This document shows positions 55,052 to 64,000 of a stretch of 64,000 nt of DNA, in pieces (the first letter of the stretch is position 1; the number at the start of each line of letters is the position of its first letter). This DNA is from an uncultured Bacilli bacterium (GTDB taxonomy: Bacteria; Bacillota_I; Bacilli_A; RF39; UBA660), in NCBI GenBank assembly GCA_944358705.1, contig CALVRR010000003.1, positions 1,106 through 65,105 on the forward strand, read 5' to 3'. The translations under genes and the position numbers were made by a program. The notes beneath the pieces are model-generated. The model had not been told where the DNA came from, ran no database searches, and saw nothing but the letters and a program-made list of their open reading frames with translations.

Positions 55052-55811
55052 CCCCACCTAGTAATGTTAAAACATCCAGTATTTCATTAAAGAATTCTTT
55101 TCTAGGCTTTTCACCTCTTCTTATCTCATTAAATATTTTTCCATCTTTTAAAAATAATACTCGTTTACAAAAGCTAGCACTGAAAGAATCATGAGTAACC
55201 ATTAAAATAGTAGCATTTAATTTTTCATTCATCTCGTCCATTGTCTCAAGTAACATTCTACTACTTTTAGAGTCTAGTGCTCCCGTTGGTTCATCGGCAA
55301 GAATTAGTTTCGGTTTGTTAATTAGTGCTCTTGCACAAGCACAACGTTGTTTTTGACCTCCTGATACTTCATATGGATATTTATTTAATATTTCTTCTAT
55401 ACCTAATTTTTCTGCAATATCAGATACTTTCTTATCTACTTTATTTACATCCTCTTTATTAATAATTAAAGCCAGAGAAATATTTTCCGAAATCGTTAAA
55501 GTATCTAAAAGATTAAAGTCTTGAAAAATAAATCCTAGATTTTCTCTTCTAAAACTAGCAAGTTCTTTTTCTTTTAATTCTGTGATGTCTTTTCTATCAA
55601 TAAAAATATGTCCAGAAGTTACTTCATCTATTGTGGAAATACAATTTAAGAGAGTTGTTTTACCGCTACCACTTGCTCCCATGATAGCAACAAATTCTCC
55701 TTCTTCTACCTCTAACGATAAATCATTTACAGCTTTGGTTATATTATTTTTTGTTCCATAATATTTTTTTAGATTTTTTATTTCCAGTGTTTTTGACACT
55801 ATGCATCCCAT
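55032..55811 (-). CDS. BceA-type ABC ATPase
   Basis: GASGSGKTT, SGGQKQRCACARAL and LILADEPTGALD. Highly similar to ORF 62700..63467. The true start may be the GTG (VSKTLEIKNL) 15 nt downstream. Confidence 0.85.
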   Translation of the reverse strand: MGCIVSKTLEIKNLKKYYGTKNNITKAVNDLSLEVEEGEFVAIMGASGSGKTTLLNCISTIDEVTSGHIFIDRKDITELKEKELASFRRENLGFIFQDFNLLDTLTISENISLALIINKEDVNKVDKKVSDIAEKLGIEEILNKYPYEVSGGQKQRCACARALINKPKLILADEPTGALDSKSSRMLLETMDEMNEKLNATILMVTHDSFSASFCKRVLFLKDGKIFNEIRRGEKPRKEFFNEILDVLTLLGGDVASVK

Positions 55812-55941
55812 CCTTTATTTCACTGATTTTTTCTTTTAGAAAAGAACATAAAGAAATCATACCTCCTATTATAATACATGGTACCAATATCATTAATAAT
55901 AGTATGGTAACTTTTAATCCTAATACATTAAAACTTGACAT
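55744..55941 (-). CDS. Possible small single-TM protein upstream of, and overlapping, the ABC ATPase gene
   Basis: A strong AAAGGAGTGA RBS precedes MSSFNVLGLKVTILLLMILVPCIIIGGMISL. The 3' third overlaps the ATPase gene, so the real extent is uncertain. Confidence 0.3.
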   Translation of the reverse strand: MSSFNVLGLKVTILLLMILVPCIIIGGMISLCSFLKEKISEIKDGMHSVKNTGNKKSKKILWNKK

Positions 55942-56093
55942 TATATCACTCCTTTTGTTCCTTTCTTGTTATCAGTATAACAAAGAACTTTTTAAAATAA
56001 CCTTACAGTTTTGTTATATTTCTAGTGATACTATATTTTGTCTTCTTTTTCTATCAAGTTGTGGTTGCTATTGAGTGAGTTTTGGTTGCAAAA

Positions 56094-56122
56094 GAAAAAA
56101 GTCAAAGTTGACTTTTTCTTTT
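56094..56122 (-). terminator. Weak AT-rich terminator after ORF 56130..56831
   Basis: Minus strand: GAAAAAGTC-aacttt-GACTTTTT followed by TCTTTTG. Confidence 0.4.
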
Positions 56123-56129
56123 GTATTAA

Positions 56130-56831
56130 TTACATTGTTTTTCCAGGAGTACTTTCTTTTGCAGCTACATTTTCACCCATCATTCTAGAAAGTTCTGATT
56201 GATTGGCATTCGTTAACGTAGCCATTCCTTTACCACTTTGATAATATGGAACCTTGTCGGATGGATTCATCCAATTTTCTCCAAGAACTAAATGACCGGT
56301 GTTATCTACGAAACAATGAGCTTTATGACATAAATCTTCATAAGTTTGCATTGCTTCTGTTACATTACTATTAGATTCTACTAATTGATTTACATTATTA
56401 TAAGCTTTTTTTACTTCTTGCGGAGAAATATAGTCAATTCCAGCTTCTTCGTATAGAACTTTACGAACGTCATCTTCTGTTATACAACTTGAAAAATCCA
56501 TTCCGCTACAATCGTAGCTACTTGTTAGCTTAGTAACTAGTTCGCTTGCTGGTTTTTTATCTAGATTACCGGCAAGACTACTATCTTTTATTATTGTTAT
56601 ACGTTCATCAATAAAAGTTTGAACACTGTTTGTTGTATATGCTTTTAATATTTCTGGATCATTTATGATTGTTTGGATAGCATCCATTTCTCTTAATACT
56701 TCCGGGGTTTGATTTGATTGCTCCTGATATCCTCTTAAAACATTTTCCCATTTCTGCCTTTCTTCTTGCATTTTTTTATCAAGTGATGCACCTTCTAAGG
56801 AGATATATTCTTTTAAATTTAATTTTTCCAT
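56130..56831 (-). CDS. Hypothetical protein (233 aa)
   Basis: Clean ORF with no signal peptide and no recognised motif. Confidence 0.5.
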   Translation of the reverse strand: MEKLNLKEYISLEGASLDKKMQEERQKWENVLRGYQEQSNQTPEVLREMDAIQTIINDPEILKAYTTNSVQTFIDERITIIKDSSLAGNLDKKPASELVTKLTSSYDCSGMDFSSCITEDDVRKVLYEEAGIDYISPQEVKKAYNNVNQLVESNSNVTEAMQTYEDLCHKAHCFVDNTGHLVLGENWMNPSDKVPYYQSGKGMATLTNANQSELSRMMGENVAAKESTPGKTM

Positions 56832-56910
56832 CTTTCTAATACCTTCTTCCTATCTTCATAAATTTATTATAAAACAGAATATAACTCTATTCAAGCTTAT
56901 TTGACACGCT

Positions 56911-59238
56911 TTACACTTTCTTTCGGATAGTTATTCCGAGGAATCCAAGGATTCCTAAAAGACTAAAGATTGCTCCTAATTTTTTCCAAGGAGCTTCGTA
57001 AATCATTTCGATTTTGTGTTTTCCTTTTGGAATTTTAAAAGTTATACCGTTTTGAATACTTTCCTGATATTTTATTTCTTTACCATCTACTTTTATAGTA
57101 AATCCATTGTCATAAGGAATGGCTACTTCGATATTACTTTCTTCTTCTACGTTAATAGTACCTACTATCTTATCTCCTTTTGTTTTCTTATAATCTATTT
57201 TTATTGGAGTTATTTCTTCTTTTCGGTTCATTAATGATTTTTTTGGTATGGCATATATTTCTATATTTCCTAATTTATAATAGGCTTCCTGGAAAGTAAT
57301 CTCTAATTGTTCTGGTGATATTAATACGTAATGGAATACATAGTTCTTATTATGATATTTCCAGTCTCTGCAAGTTAGTTTATTACTAACATGATTAATG
57401 GTTATTGTTTGATCTTTTTTTTCGTGGTGACATCCTCTATTAAATTTATTTTTGAATGTAATAAATAAAATTTTATCTTCTAAGTTTTCTTTCGGAACTA
57501 CTGTCATCTTGGCATTTTTTCCGGCTCTTATTTTTATTGTGTCTTTTTGATCTTTGGAGATTTCTAGATTTTTTGAGTCTTTTATTTTTAAGTCTACTTC
57601 TTCTAAAATATTTTCTATTGGTATTTCTTTGGTATATTCTGCTATTACATTTTCTGGGTATGGTAATTCATTTATTTCTTTTCTTGTTAAAGTGCCTTTA
57701 CTGGCATAGATGATTGGTAATGCAAATTCATTTTCATATAAATAAAGTTTTCCTTTTTTATCCACTAACTCATAGCCGTCTTTTAATTTATTCGTAGTGA
57801 CAATATATTTTTCTCCCATCATTGCTTCTGAGATAGGGTTTCCTGCTAACGTTAACATCATGTTATTACGATAAATTTGATTGTTTTTTTGTTTTTGTTG
57901 TACCCAGGTTTGGTACTCTTTATTTTGAGTAGAAGCATATACAGATGATTTATATTCTTTCCTTGTATGCACTTTATTTAAGGAAGATGGTCCATAGGTT
58001 TCATTTCCTATTCGATAGAAATCATTGTCTTTCGTAGTTATTTCTTTTACTAGACTTTGATAATCTTTCTCAAAACTACTTTTTACTGTTTCTATTGGTA
58101 TTAGAGCATCGCTAAAGCTTGCACCAATTGTAATTATACAGGTAGAAATAATTAAATAGTATTTTATCTTTTTATGTTTTTTTAGTAATGTTTCCATACT
58201 TATTGCAATTAAAAGTAAAGCAAGTGGTAGGAATGGAATTAAAGATTTCGAATTTACGTATAATGTACCGTTTAAAATATAATTAAATATCGGAAATAGA
58301 AAAATTATGATTAATGATAAAGCTAATAATCTTGTTTCCATTTTTATATCTTTATCAATTATTAATATACCTATTAAGATGAATTCTAATAACGTTAACC
58401 CTGGACCGTAGGCATTGAATAGAAATTTAAAGTTCGGAATGAATAACATCCATGTTTCTAATACTTTGATGGATTCTCCTCTACCTGATAGTAAGGTATA
58501 GGCTGTAGGTAGTAAAAGAATAGCACTTATTAAAATTGATATTATGAATGGGACTGCAAAATTAATTAAAAAATTTATAATTCCTGTTTTATTTTCTTTT
58601 AGATAACTATAGATTCCATAGATAATTAATACTACAATTCCTGCAACACTATAATAAAAGCTTGTAAAGATCATTAATGTAGTACAGATTATCAATAATC
58701 CTGTTTTTTTATTTTTTATAAAGTTATCTACACCAAATAGTCCACCAATTAAAAATGGAAAATAATTAATAAACATGATATGTCGTTTTGCATGATAAAT
58801 GATTGGGGTTGCGAATAAGAAAAGAAGAGATGTTATTATACAAGTAGAGTTTTTGAAATTATGGGATTGTAAAAACTTATAGAAAAGATAAGTAGATGAT
58901 ACTACCATAACAAAACTTGCTCCTATTAAATAATAAATCATAGGTATTCTAGGTAGTAAATAAGATATTAAAATAATAGGATTTAAGAGACCGTAATAAG
59001 AAAAATTATAGATGTTTTGCCCTCCGCCGATATTTAATGCAAAATCTGGTAATAGGTCTTTCGTATCATAAAATAGATTTCTAAAATATTCTGGAAAAAT
59101 ATAATGTTGCATTTCAAAATCTGTTGTTGATGCAAAAAGAAAATTTCCATGCGTTAAAACTAGTGCAATGATAATATAGATTGCACTATATAATAAAATC
59201 ATTAATATGTCGTTTTTATATTTTTGTAATTTCTTCAT
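56911..59238 (-). CDS. YfhO-family polytopic membrane protein (putative glycosyltransferase)
   Basis: 775 aa. The N-terminal segment FASTTDFEMQHYIFPEYFRNLFYDTKDLLPDFALNIGGGQNIYNFSYYGLLNP is typical of YfhO. Many TM helices, a large C-terminal extracytoplasmic domain and a terminal TM. Confidence 0.75.
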   Translation of the reverse strand: MKKLQKYKNDILMILLYSAIYIIIALVLTHGNFLFASTTDFEMQHYIFPEYFRNLFYDTKDLLPDFALNIGGGQNIYNFSYYGLLNPIILISYLLPRIPMIYYLIGASFVMVVSSTYLFYKFLQSHNFKNSTCIITSLLFLFATPIIYHAKRHIMFINYFPFLIGGLFGVDNFIKNKKTGLLIICTTLMIFTSFYYSVAGIVVLIIYGIYSYLKENKTGIINFLINFAVPFIISILISAILLLPTAYTLLSGRGESIKVLETWMLFIPNFKFLFNAYGPGLTLLEFILIGILIIDKDIKMETRLLALSLIIIFLFPIFNYILNGTLYVNSKSLIPFLPLALLLIAISMETLLKKHKKIKYYLIISTCIITIGASFSDALIPIETVKSSFEKDYQSLVKEITTKDNDFYRIGNETYGPSSLNKVHTRKEYKSSVYASTQNKEYQTWVQQKQKNNQIYRNNMMLTLAGNPISEAMMGEKYIVTTNKLKDGYELVDKKGKLYLYENEFALPIIYASKGTLTRKEINELPYPENVIAEYTKEIPIENILEEVDLKIKDSKNLEISKDQKDTIKIRAGKNAKMTVVPKENLEDKILFITFKNKFNRGCHHEKKDQTITINHVSNKLTCRDWKYHNKNYVFHYVLISPEQLEITFQEAYYKLGNIEIYAIPKKSLMNRKEEITPIKIDYKKTKGDKIVGTINVEEESNIEVAIPYDNGFTIKVDGKEIKYQESIQNGITFKIPKGKHKIEMIYEAPWKKLGAIFSLLGILGFLGITIRKKV

Positions 59239-59279
59239 ATTCCTACTGCTTTCTTTAGAATTTGTTTACTAAAATTGTA

Positions 59280-59293
59280 CCCCTCCCCCCCCC
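59280..59293. repeat. Homopolymeric C tract (C4-T-C9; G-run on the coding strand) in the region upstream of the YfhO gene
   Basis: CCCCTCCCCCCCCC, read directly. It is the only long G/C homopolymer I noticed in this AT-rich window. Confidence 0.9.
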
Positions 59294-59420
59294 AACTGAT
59301 TTTTGTCAAGCGGAAATAGGAGTATACCAATTTAAATCCGTTATTAGTATATCCTTTTTTCTTATTTTTATCTACCCAGTTTGAGTTGATTTATGTCAAC
59401 TTGCAGTTGCAGAACTGGAT

Positions 59421-60491
59421 TTAGTCTATAAATGTGTTTTTATAGTTTACTTTTAATAGTTTATCATAGAATATTTTGTTTTTGATTATCAAATAAAATA
59501 TGTTTCCTATATAGAAGAAGAAAACTGTAAGTATTAATAATAAATAAAATATTATTCTTATTTTTTCTTCACCTATGATGGTGCCTAATTGACTTCCTAA
59601 CATCAGTATTTTGTATGGGAAGTAAATATAGTAAAAATATAAAAAATACGGTCTTAGTAAATATTGGTAAGTTCCTTTTGAACTTTCTATTTTTACATTT
59701 AAAAATGCACTTCCTAATGTTTTATTATGAAAAAAATTGGGAATTATTGTAAAATATATTATAAATATTAGGATTGGATGTTTTGTCCCTAAAAAAATAG
59801 TGATTGCTATATAGATTAAAAAATCTAAAATAAAGATTGATATTCTTCTTAATGGTGATACTGTCTTTCCTTTTTCATAAGCCTGTTGTTCTAATTGAAT
59901 TTTTGGTGGAATTCTTTTTTCTAAATCTAACATCCAGAGATACCCTACTACCCCACCCATGGTATTTAGTATTAGATCATCTATATCACATAATCTATAA
60001 GGTTTAGGATAGAGTCCATATAGTCTGGTTAACTGTGTAAATTCAAAGAATGCACTTAATAATAGGCTGGCAAGTATTATTTTTTTTAAAGAATATCCCT
60101 TATAGTATTTTAGAAACATACCAAATGGAACAAATAATAATATATTAAATGCTATTACATAGAATGAAGGATCCAAGATAGCGCTGATATATGTTTTGGG
60201 ATTTCCCAGTATTAAAGGGTTTTCTTTGATTAAGTCTACTATAAAGTGAAATGGTATCATTTGGATCATCCAATCAGGATTGCTTATCACACTATCTTTA
60301 GATGGGAGTGGCAAGATTACTAAAAGGTAGGCACATAGTAAGTAAAATATAAAGCTATAGATAATTAGTGTTTTTAAAGGACTAATGGATGTATATTTAT
60401 GATATTGGTACAGGATAAAAGGCCCTGTAATCAGAAAAGCTAATAGTGGAAATAATATTACTGCAGTTTTTATGGATAAAAGATAAGTCAT
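59421..60491 (-). CDS. VanZ-domain / RDD-like membrane protein fusion
   Basis: VanZ hallmarks are MIPFHFI, NILLFVPFGMFL, FEFTQL and CDIDDLILNTMGGVVGY. The C-terminal half (RRISIFILDFLIYIAI...) looks RDD-like. Confidence 0.7.
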   Translation of the reverse strand: MTYLLSIKTAVILFPLLAFLITGPFILYQYHKYTSISPLKTLIIYSFIFYLLCAYLLVILPLPSKDSVISNPDWMIQMIPFHFIVDLIKENPLILGNPKTYISAILDPSFYVIAFNILLFVPFGMFLKYYKGYSLKKIILASLLLSAFFEFTQLTRLYGLYPKPYRLCDIDDLILNTMGGVVGYLWMLDLEKRIPPKIQLEQQAYEKGKTVSPLRRISIFILDFLIYIAITIFLGTKHPILIFIIYFTIIPNFFHNKTLGSAFLNVKIESSKGTYQYLLRPYFLYFYYIYFPYKILMLGSQLGTIIGEEKIRIIFYLLLILTVFFFYIGNIFYLIIKNKIFYDKLLKVNYKNTFID

Positions 60492-60628
60492 AGAAAAAGG
60501 ACTAGCTATCTAATCCTTTTTTCTTCCTTTTATTATGGCAAGTATTATAAATAAAAGTGCTAAAAGAATTAGTGGTGAGATCATAACGATTGGGTTATTT
60601 ATAAATTCTTGCCAATTTATTTCTAATA

Positions 60629-62713
60629 TCATATTCTTTTTTCCTTAATAATATTTTTACTACAGTAATAAGTAATTAAGAAATATCCACCATAAATTAA
60701 TATTAAGAATAGCATTGTCATGGATACACTCGCTAACATCTCTTCTTTACCGAAGGTTTCTAATATAAATGTACAGAATTTAATTCCGAAGATAGAATGA
60801 ATGATTGCAATTATAAGTGGGAATATAAAGAATATTGCTATTTGTCTAAATAGAGCTTTATTTAATTGTTTGTCTGTTGCTCCTATTCTTCTTAGCATAG
60901 TATATCTTGTGACATTATCAGCACTTTCTGATAGTTCTTTTAATGCAAGTAAGGCTGCACTGGAGATTAAGAAAATGATTCCTAAATATAATCCAATAAA
61001 TGTTATCATGGCACCTAGTCCAACACTTGCATCGTAGATAGCAATTCTTGTAGTACCATCTAGAGTAACATCTGGATATAAGTCGTTTAATTCTGGATTT
61101 ATAAATACTTCTTCTATTTCTTGTTTTGTCTTTTCATCATTTGCTTTATAGTTTGCTACCATGTACTCTTCTTCTAGTCTAGGTGAAGTACTTGATACAT
61201 TAATTACTTCATCTGGTACAACAATTATACCAGCAGTAATATGGTTACTAGACATCTCGATAAAACCATCTTTTACTTCTTTATATTTAGGTGTTAATTC
61301 TTTACCAAAGATAGTTAGTGGTGTTCCTATTTTTAGAGCTTTATTTCTTAATTCTATCATACTCTCATAGTCACCAACAATCATATATTCATCATTATCT
61401 AAACTATATGTCTTGTTGTTAAACATTTTCGCAACCTTATTATACTCACTTAATTTTACGATAATCTCTGGGGAAGTATAGTCTAAGTATGGATACATTT
61501 TCTTCATACTTTCTAATTCTTTACCCATGGTTGTTGCATAAGTTATAGATTCGTCTGTATATAGGTGAAGTGTTGTTTGATCTTTTAAATATTTGTCTTC
61601 ATCAATATTTAATTCTTTTAGAGTCTCAGAAATTGTTTTATAACTAGATTCTATTTGTCCGTCAGTATAGCCATAATCTTCTTGTAGTTCTTTTGGAATA
61701 TTTCTTTTTTTCATTAATTCAATATCCGCTGGTGCTAACTCTTTTAGATTGGCTGTCATGGAGTTTTTAATCGATAGTGAACTGGATAACACACAGATGG
61801 TTACAAATAACATTAAACAAATAATCGTCATGGAAAATACTGTCGTGTTAATCTTACTGCTTATTTGTCTTAGTGTGAAACTATTTAGTCCTTTATAGTA
61901 TACATTTTTCATGGATTGAACAACTTTTAGCATTAATCCTGATAATGACCAGAATAATAAGAAGGTAGAAGTTGCTCCTAAAGCAATAATTATTCCCATA
62001 TCTTGCACTGTTAAGGCATTCGCACCATCTGGTACAGATACTCGGTAATAACAGTATCCTAATATTGTTACTGCTATTAAGAAGATTATGGTACAGATTA
62101 CTGGGTTTTTAATTTTTACTTTTTCTGAACGCTTATTGGCATTAATTAAATCAATTAGTTTACAACGACTAATTTGAATGGTATTAAATATCATCACTAG
62201 TAGGTACATAATACCAAAATAAATGATTGTTTTTATTAAGGCTCCTTTGGAAAAGGTAAAGGCAAAGTTTGTCATGTCCGCTTCAAACATATTCGCAACT
62301 AACAAACTCATTAGTTGGGATAAGATTACTCCTAGTCCTAACCCTACTCCTAAAGATAAAAGACCAATAATAATTGTTTCGATAAATAAAATCATCGATA
62401 TTTTTCTTTTTCCCATACCAAGTGTCATGTATATAGCAAATTCTTTATTTCTTCTTTTAATTAAAAAGCGGGATGCATAAATAATTAAAAAACCTAAAAT
62501 AAACGATACAAATACACTTACTGCCGATAGTGTTTGGGTCATCATTTCAATAATATCGTACGTGGATTTTTTTGTTTGTAATAATACTGTTTGACTATCT
62601 ATGGCATTAAAGACATAGAAAATCGCAACACCTAAAATTAAGGTAAAGAAATAGATTGTATAGTCTTTAAAACTTTTTTTGATGTTTTTTAGGGATAGTT
62701 TACAAAGCATCAT
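60629..62713 (-). CDS. BceB-type ABC permease (second copy)
   Basis: 694 aa. The N-terminus is MMLCKLSLKNIKKSFKD. Two FtsX-type TM blocks flank a large extracellular domain. Overlaps the ATPase stop. Confidence 0.85.
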   Translation of the reverse strand: MMLCKLSLKNIKKSFKDYTIYFFTLILGVAIFYVFNAIDSQTVLLQTKKSTYDIIEMMTQTLSAVSVFVSFILGFLIIYASRFLIKRRNKEFAIYMTLGMGKRKISMILFIETIIIGLLSLGVGLGLGVILSQLMSLLVANMFEADMTNFAFTFSKGALIKTIIYFGIMYLLVMIFNTIQISRCKLIDLINANKRSEKVKIKNPVICTIIFLIAVTILGYCYYRVSVPDGANALTVQDMGIIIALGATSTFLLFWSLSGLMLKVVQSMKNVYYKGLNSFTLRQISSKINTTVFSMTIICLMLFVTICVLSSSLSIKNSMTANLKELAPADIELMKKRNIPKELQEDYGYTDGQIESSYKTISETLKELNIDEDKYLKDQTTLHLYTDESITYATTMGKELESMKKMYPYLDYTSPEIIVKLSEYNKVAKMFNNKTYSLDNDEYMIVGDYESMIELRNKALKIGTPLTIFGKELTPKYKEVKDGFIEMSSNHITAGIIVVPDEVINVSSTSPRLEEEYMVANYKANDEKTKQEIEEVFINPELNDLYPDVTLDGTTRIAIYDASVGLGAMITFIGLYLGIIFLISSAALLALKELSESADNVTRYTMLRRIGATDKQLNKALFRQIAIFFIFPLIIAIIHSIFGIKFCTFILETFGKEEMLASVSMTMLFLILIYGGYFLITYYCSKNIIKEKRI

Positions 62714-63467
62714 TTAAATCCCCTCCAAGTAATGTTACCACGTCAATGATTTTATCAAAGAATTCTTTTCTACTTTGACTTCCTTTTCTAATCTCGTTAA
62801 ATATCTTACCATCTTTGATGAATATTACACGGGTTGCGTAACTTGCGGTAAAGGCATCGTGAGTAACCATTAGAATTGTAGTTTTAAATTCTTCATTTAA
62901 ATGATGAAAACTCTCTAGTAACATTTTTGAGGATTTAGAGTCCAAAGCTCCGGTGGGTTCGTCGGCTAAAACTAATTTCGGATTTGTAATAATTGCTCTT
63001 GCTGATGCGACTCTTTGTTTTTGACCACCACTCATTTGATAAGGGTATTTTTGCAATACGTCTTGGATGTCTAGTTTTCTCGCTACTTCGTTTACTCTTT
63101 TACTAATTTCTCCTACTTTAGTATTTTGGATAGATAAAGCTAAAGCGATATTTTCATAGGCTGTTAAAGTATCTAGAAGATTAAAGTCTTGAAAGATAAA
63201 TCCTAATTCATGACTTCGATATTTATTTAATTTATTTCCTTTTAATTTAGTAATATCTTCTTCGGCTACATAGATATGTCCTGAAGTTACTCTATCAATG
63301 GTTGAAATACAATTTAGAAGAGTTGTTTTACCACTTCCACTTGCTCCCATGATAGCAACAAACTCACCCTCTTCTACTTCAAAAGAAATACCATCAATTG
63401 CTTTTGTTAAATTTGATCTATTTCCATAATATTTTTCAATATTGTCTATTTTTAATATTTTTGACAT
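62700..63467 (-). CDS. BceA-type ABC ATPase (second copy)
   Basis: GASGSGKTT, SGGQKQRVASARAI and LVLADEPTGALD. AAAGGAG RBS. Confidence 0.9.
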   Translation of the reverse strand: MSKILKIDNIEKYYGNRSNLTKAIDGISFEVEEGEFVAIMGASGSGKTTLLNCISTIDRVTSGHIYVAEEDITKLKGNKLNKYRSHELGFIFQDFNLLDTLTAYENIALALSIQNTKVGEISKRVNEVARKLDIQDVLQKYPYQMSGGQKQRVASARAIITNPKLVLADEPTGALDSKSSKMLLESFHHLNEEFKTTILMVTHDAFTASYATRVIFIKDGKIFNEIRKGSQSRKEFFDKIIDVVTLLGGDLNDAL

Positions 63468-63601
63468 ATTCTTTCTCCTTTCTTGTCTTCATTATAGAGT
63501 AACTTATGATAATAGTCGCTATTTTAATATTACAGTATCTTACAATTTTGTAACATTTCTATTATGTAGAAGATACTGGTTTTATAGTAAATAGGAAGAG
63601 A

Positions 63602-64000
63602 TTAAGAATTTTTCTTAACCTCTTTTTCTAATACTTTATAATAATCATTTTTTAAAAAAGATATTTTAACGCATGTAAATTCTTTTTCTTTGGATTTTAT
63701 ACTTACTTTGTGCCCTAGTTTTTTACATAGTCTTTTTACTATATATAATCCCATACCTGTAGAGTTTTTTTCTGTTCTTCCATTACTTCCTGTATAGGTT
63801 TTATCAAATACTCTAGAGAGCTCTTCTTCTTTGATTCCTATCCCATTATCATAGATAGCTAAATCTACCCTATCATGTTCTTCTTTAGCCACTATCTTAA
63901 TATAGGCATTTTTATCTTTACTATATTTAATACTATTATCTATAATTTGATTAATTATAAACTCTAACCATTTTGAATCTGTCAATACCTCTATATTTAC
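63602..64000 (-). CDS. Histidine kinase, C-terminal ATPase domain (N-terminus beyond the window edge)
   Basis: The frame is open to the window edge. NSIKYS (N-box), DNGIGI, GMGLYIVKRLCKKLGH. Similar to the BceS-like kinase at 50425..51420. Confidence 0.8.
   Translation of the reverse strand, partial: VNIEVLTDSKWLEFIINQIIDNSIKYSKDKNAYIKIVAKEEHDRVDLAIYDNGIGIKEEELSRVFDKTYTGSNGRTEKNSTGMGLYIVKRLCKKLGHKVSIKSKEKEFTCVKISFLKNDYYKVLEKEVKKNS

Noticed and set aside
60511-60585. 24-codon hydrophobic ORF (MISPLILLALLFIILAIIKGRKKD) between the second BceB gene and the VanZ/RDD gene. I also initially misread a 40-aa ORF coupled to the BceB stop.
   Set aside because: Recounting showed that the ATGA-coupled frame stops after 16 codons. 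The 24-codon ORF has no RBS. The support is too weak.
1-64000. Looked for CRISPR arrays, rRNA genes, IS elements with transposases, and integrase or recombinase genes.
   Set aside because: I saw no regularly spaced direct repeats, no rRNA-like sequence, and no DDE, serine or tyrosine recombinase motifs in any long ORF.

Overview
This is a visibly AT-rich, low-GC Firmicutes-type chromosomal segment. The GerA-type germination gene points to a spore-former, with a Clostridia/Erysipelotrichia-like feel, but the taxon was not determined. Almost all real genes lie on the minus strand. Most plus-strand ORFs in the supplied track are antisense artefacts. All functional calls come from motif recognition by eye; nothing was searched or folded.

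Contents, left to right:
- 1-19.6 kb: a truncated RumA/RlmD rRNA methyltransferase, then a GerA-type germination gene with a stunted GerC-like ORF. After that comes housekeeping and accessory material: pentapeptide-repeat protein, M23 peptidase, DUF3006 plus MBL hydrolase, ATP-grasp-like protein, SDR, MccF-like S66 peptidase, ABC exporter and PepF. A block of unknown proteins follows, and then glyQS behind a compact T-box-like leader.
- 19.7-24.2 kb: tRNA-Arg(CCG) and tRNA-Thr(GGU). Two further degenerate copies of the tRNA-Thr 3' end plus its terminator sit downstream. These copies bracket two integrase-less inserts: a 3.1 kb MobV-relaxase element and a 1.1 kb two-gene cassette.
- 26-30 kb: an acyltransferase / acyl-CoA ligase / acyltransferase trio and uvsE.
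- 30.6-45.4 kb: a very large NAD cluster (nadK, nrtR, pncC, nadR, pnuC, nadD, prs, nadE, Nudix, pncB, pncA). It carries a recurring TATTAA-N7-TTAATA operator-like palindrome and several unknown genes.
- 45.5-64 kb: a frameshifted MazG-like gene, an operon preceded by a His-run leader ORF, two BceAB-type peptide-antibiotic resistance modules with VanZ-domain genes, a YfhO-family protein and a C-tract.

The most interesting candidate is in the NAD cluster. A 128-aa protein with a His/Tyr/Cys-rich C-terminal tail is translationally coupled to a radical SAM enzyme inside the prs-nadD-pnuC-nadR operon. Other unknowns there are a TRAM-less methylthiotransferase-like radical SAM and a possible ADP-ribosyltransferase-fold protein.
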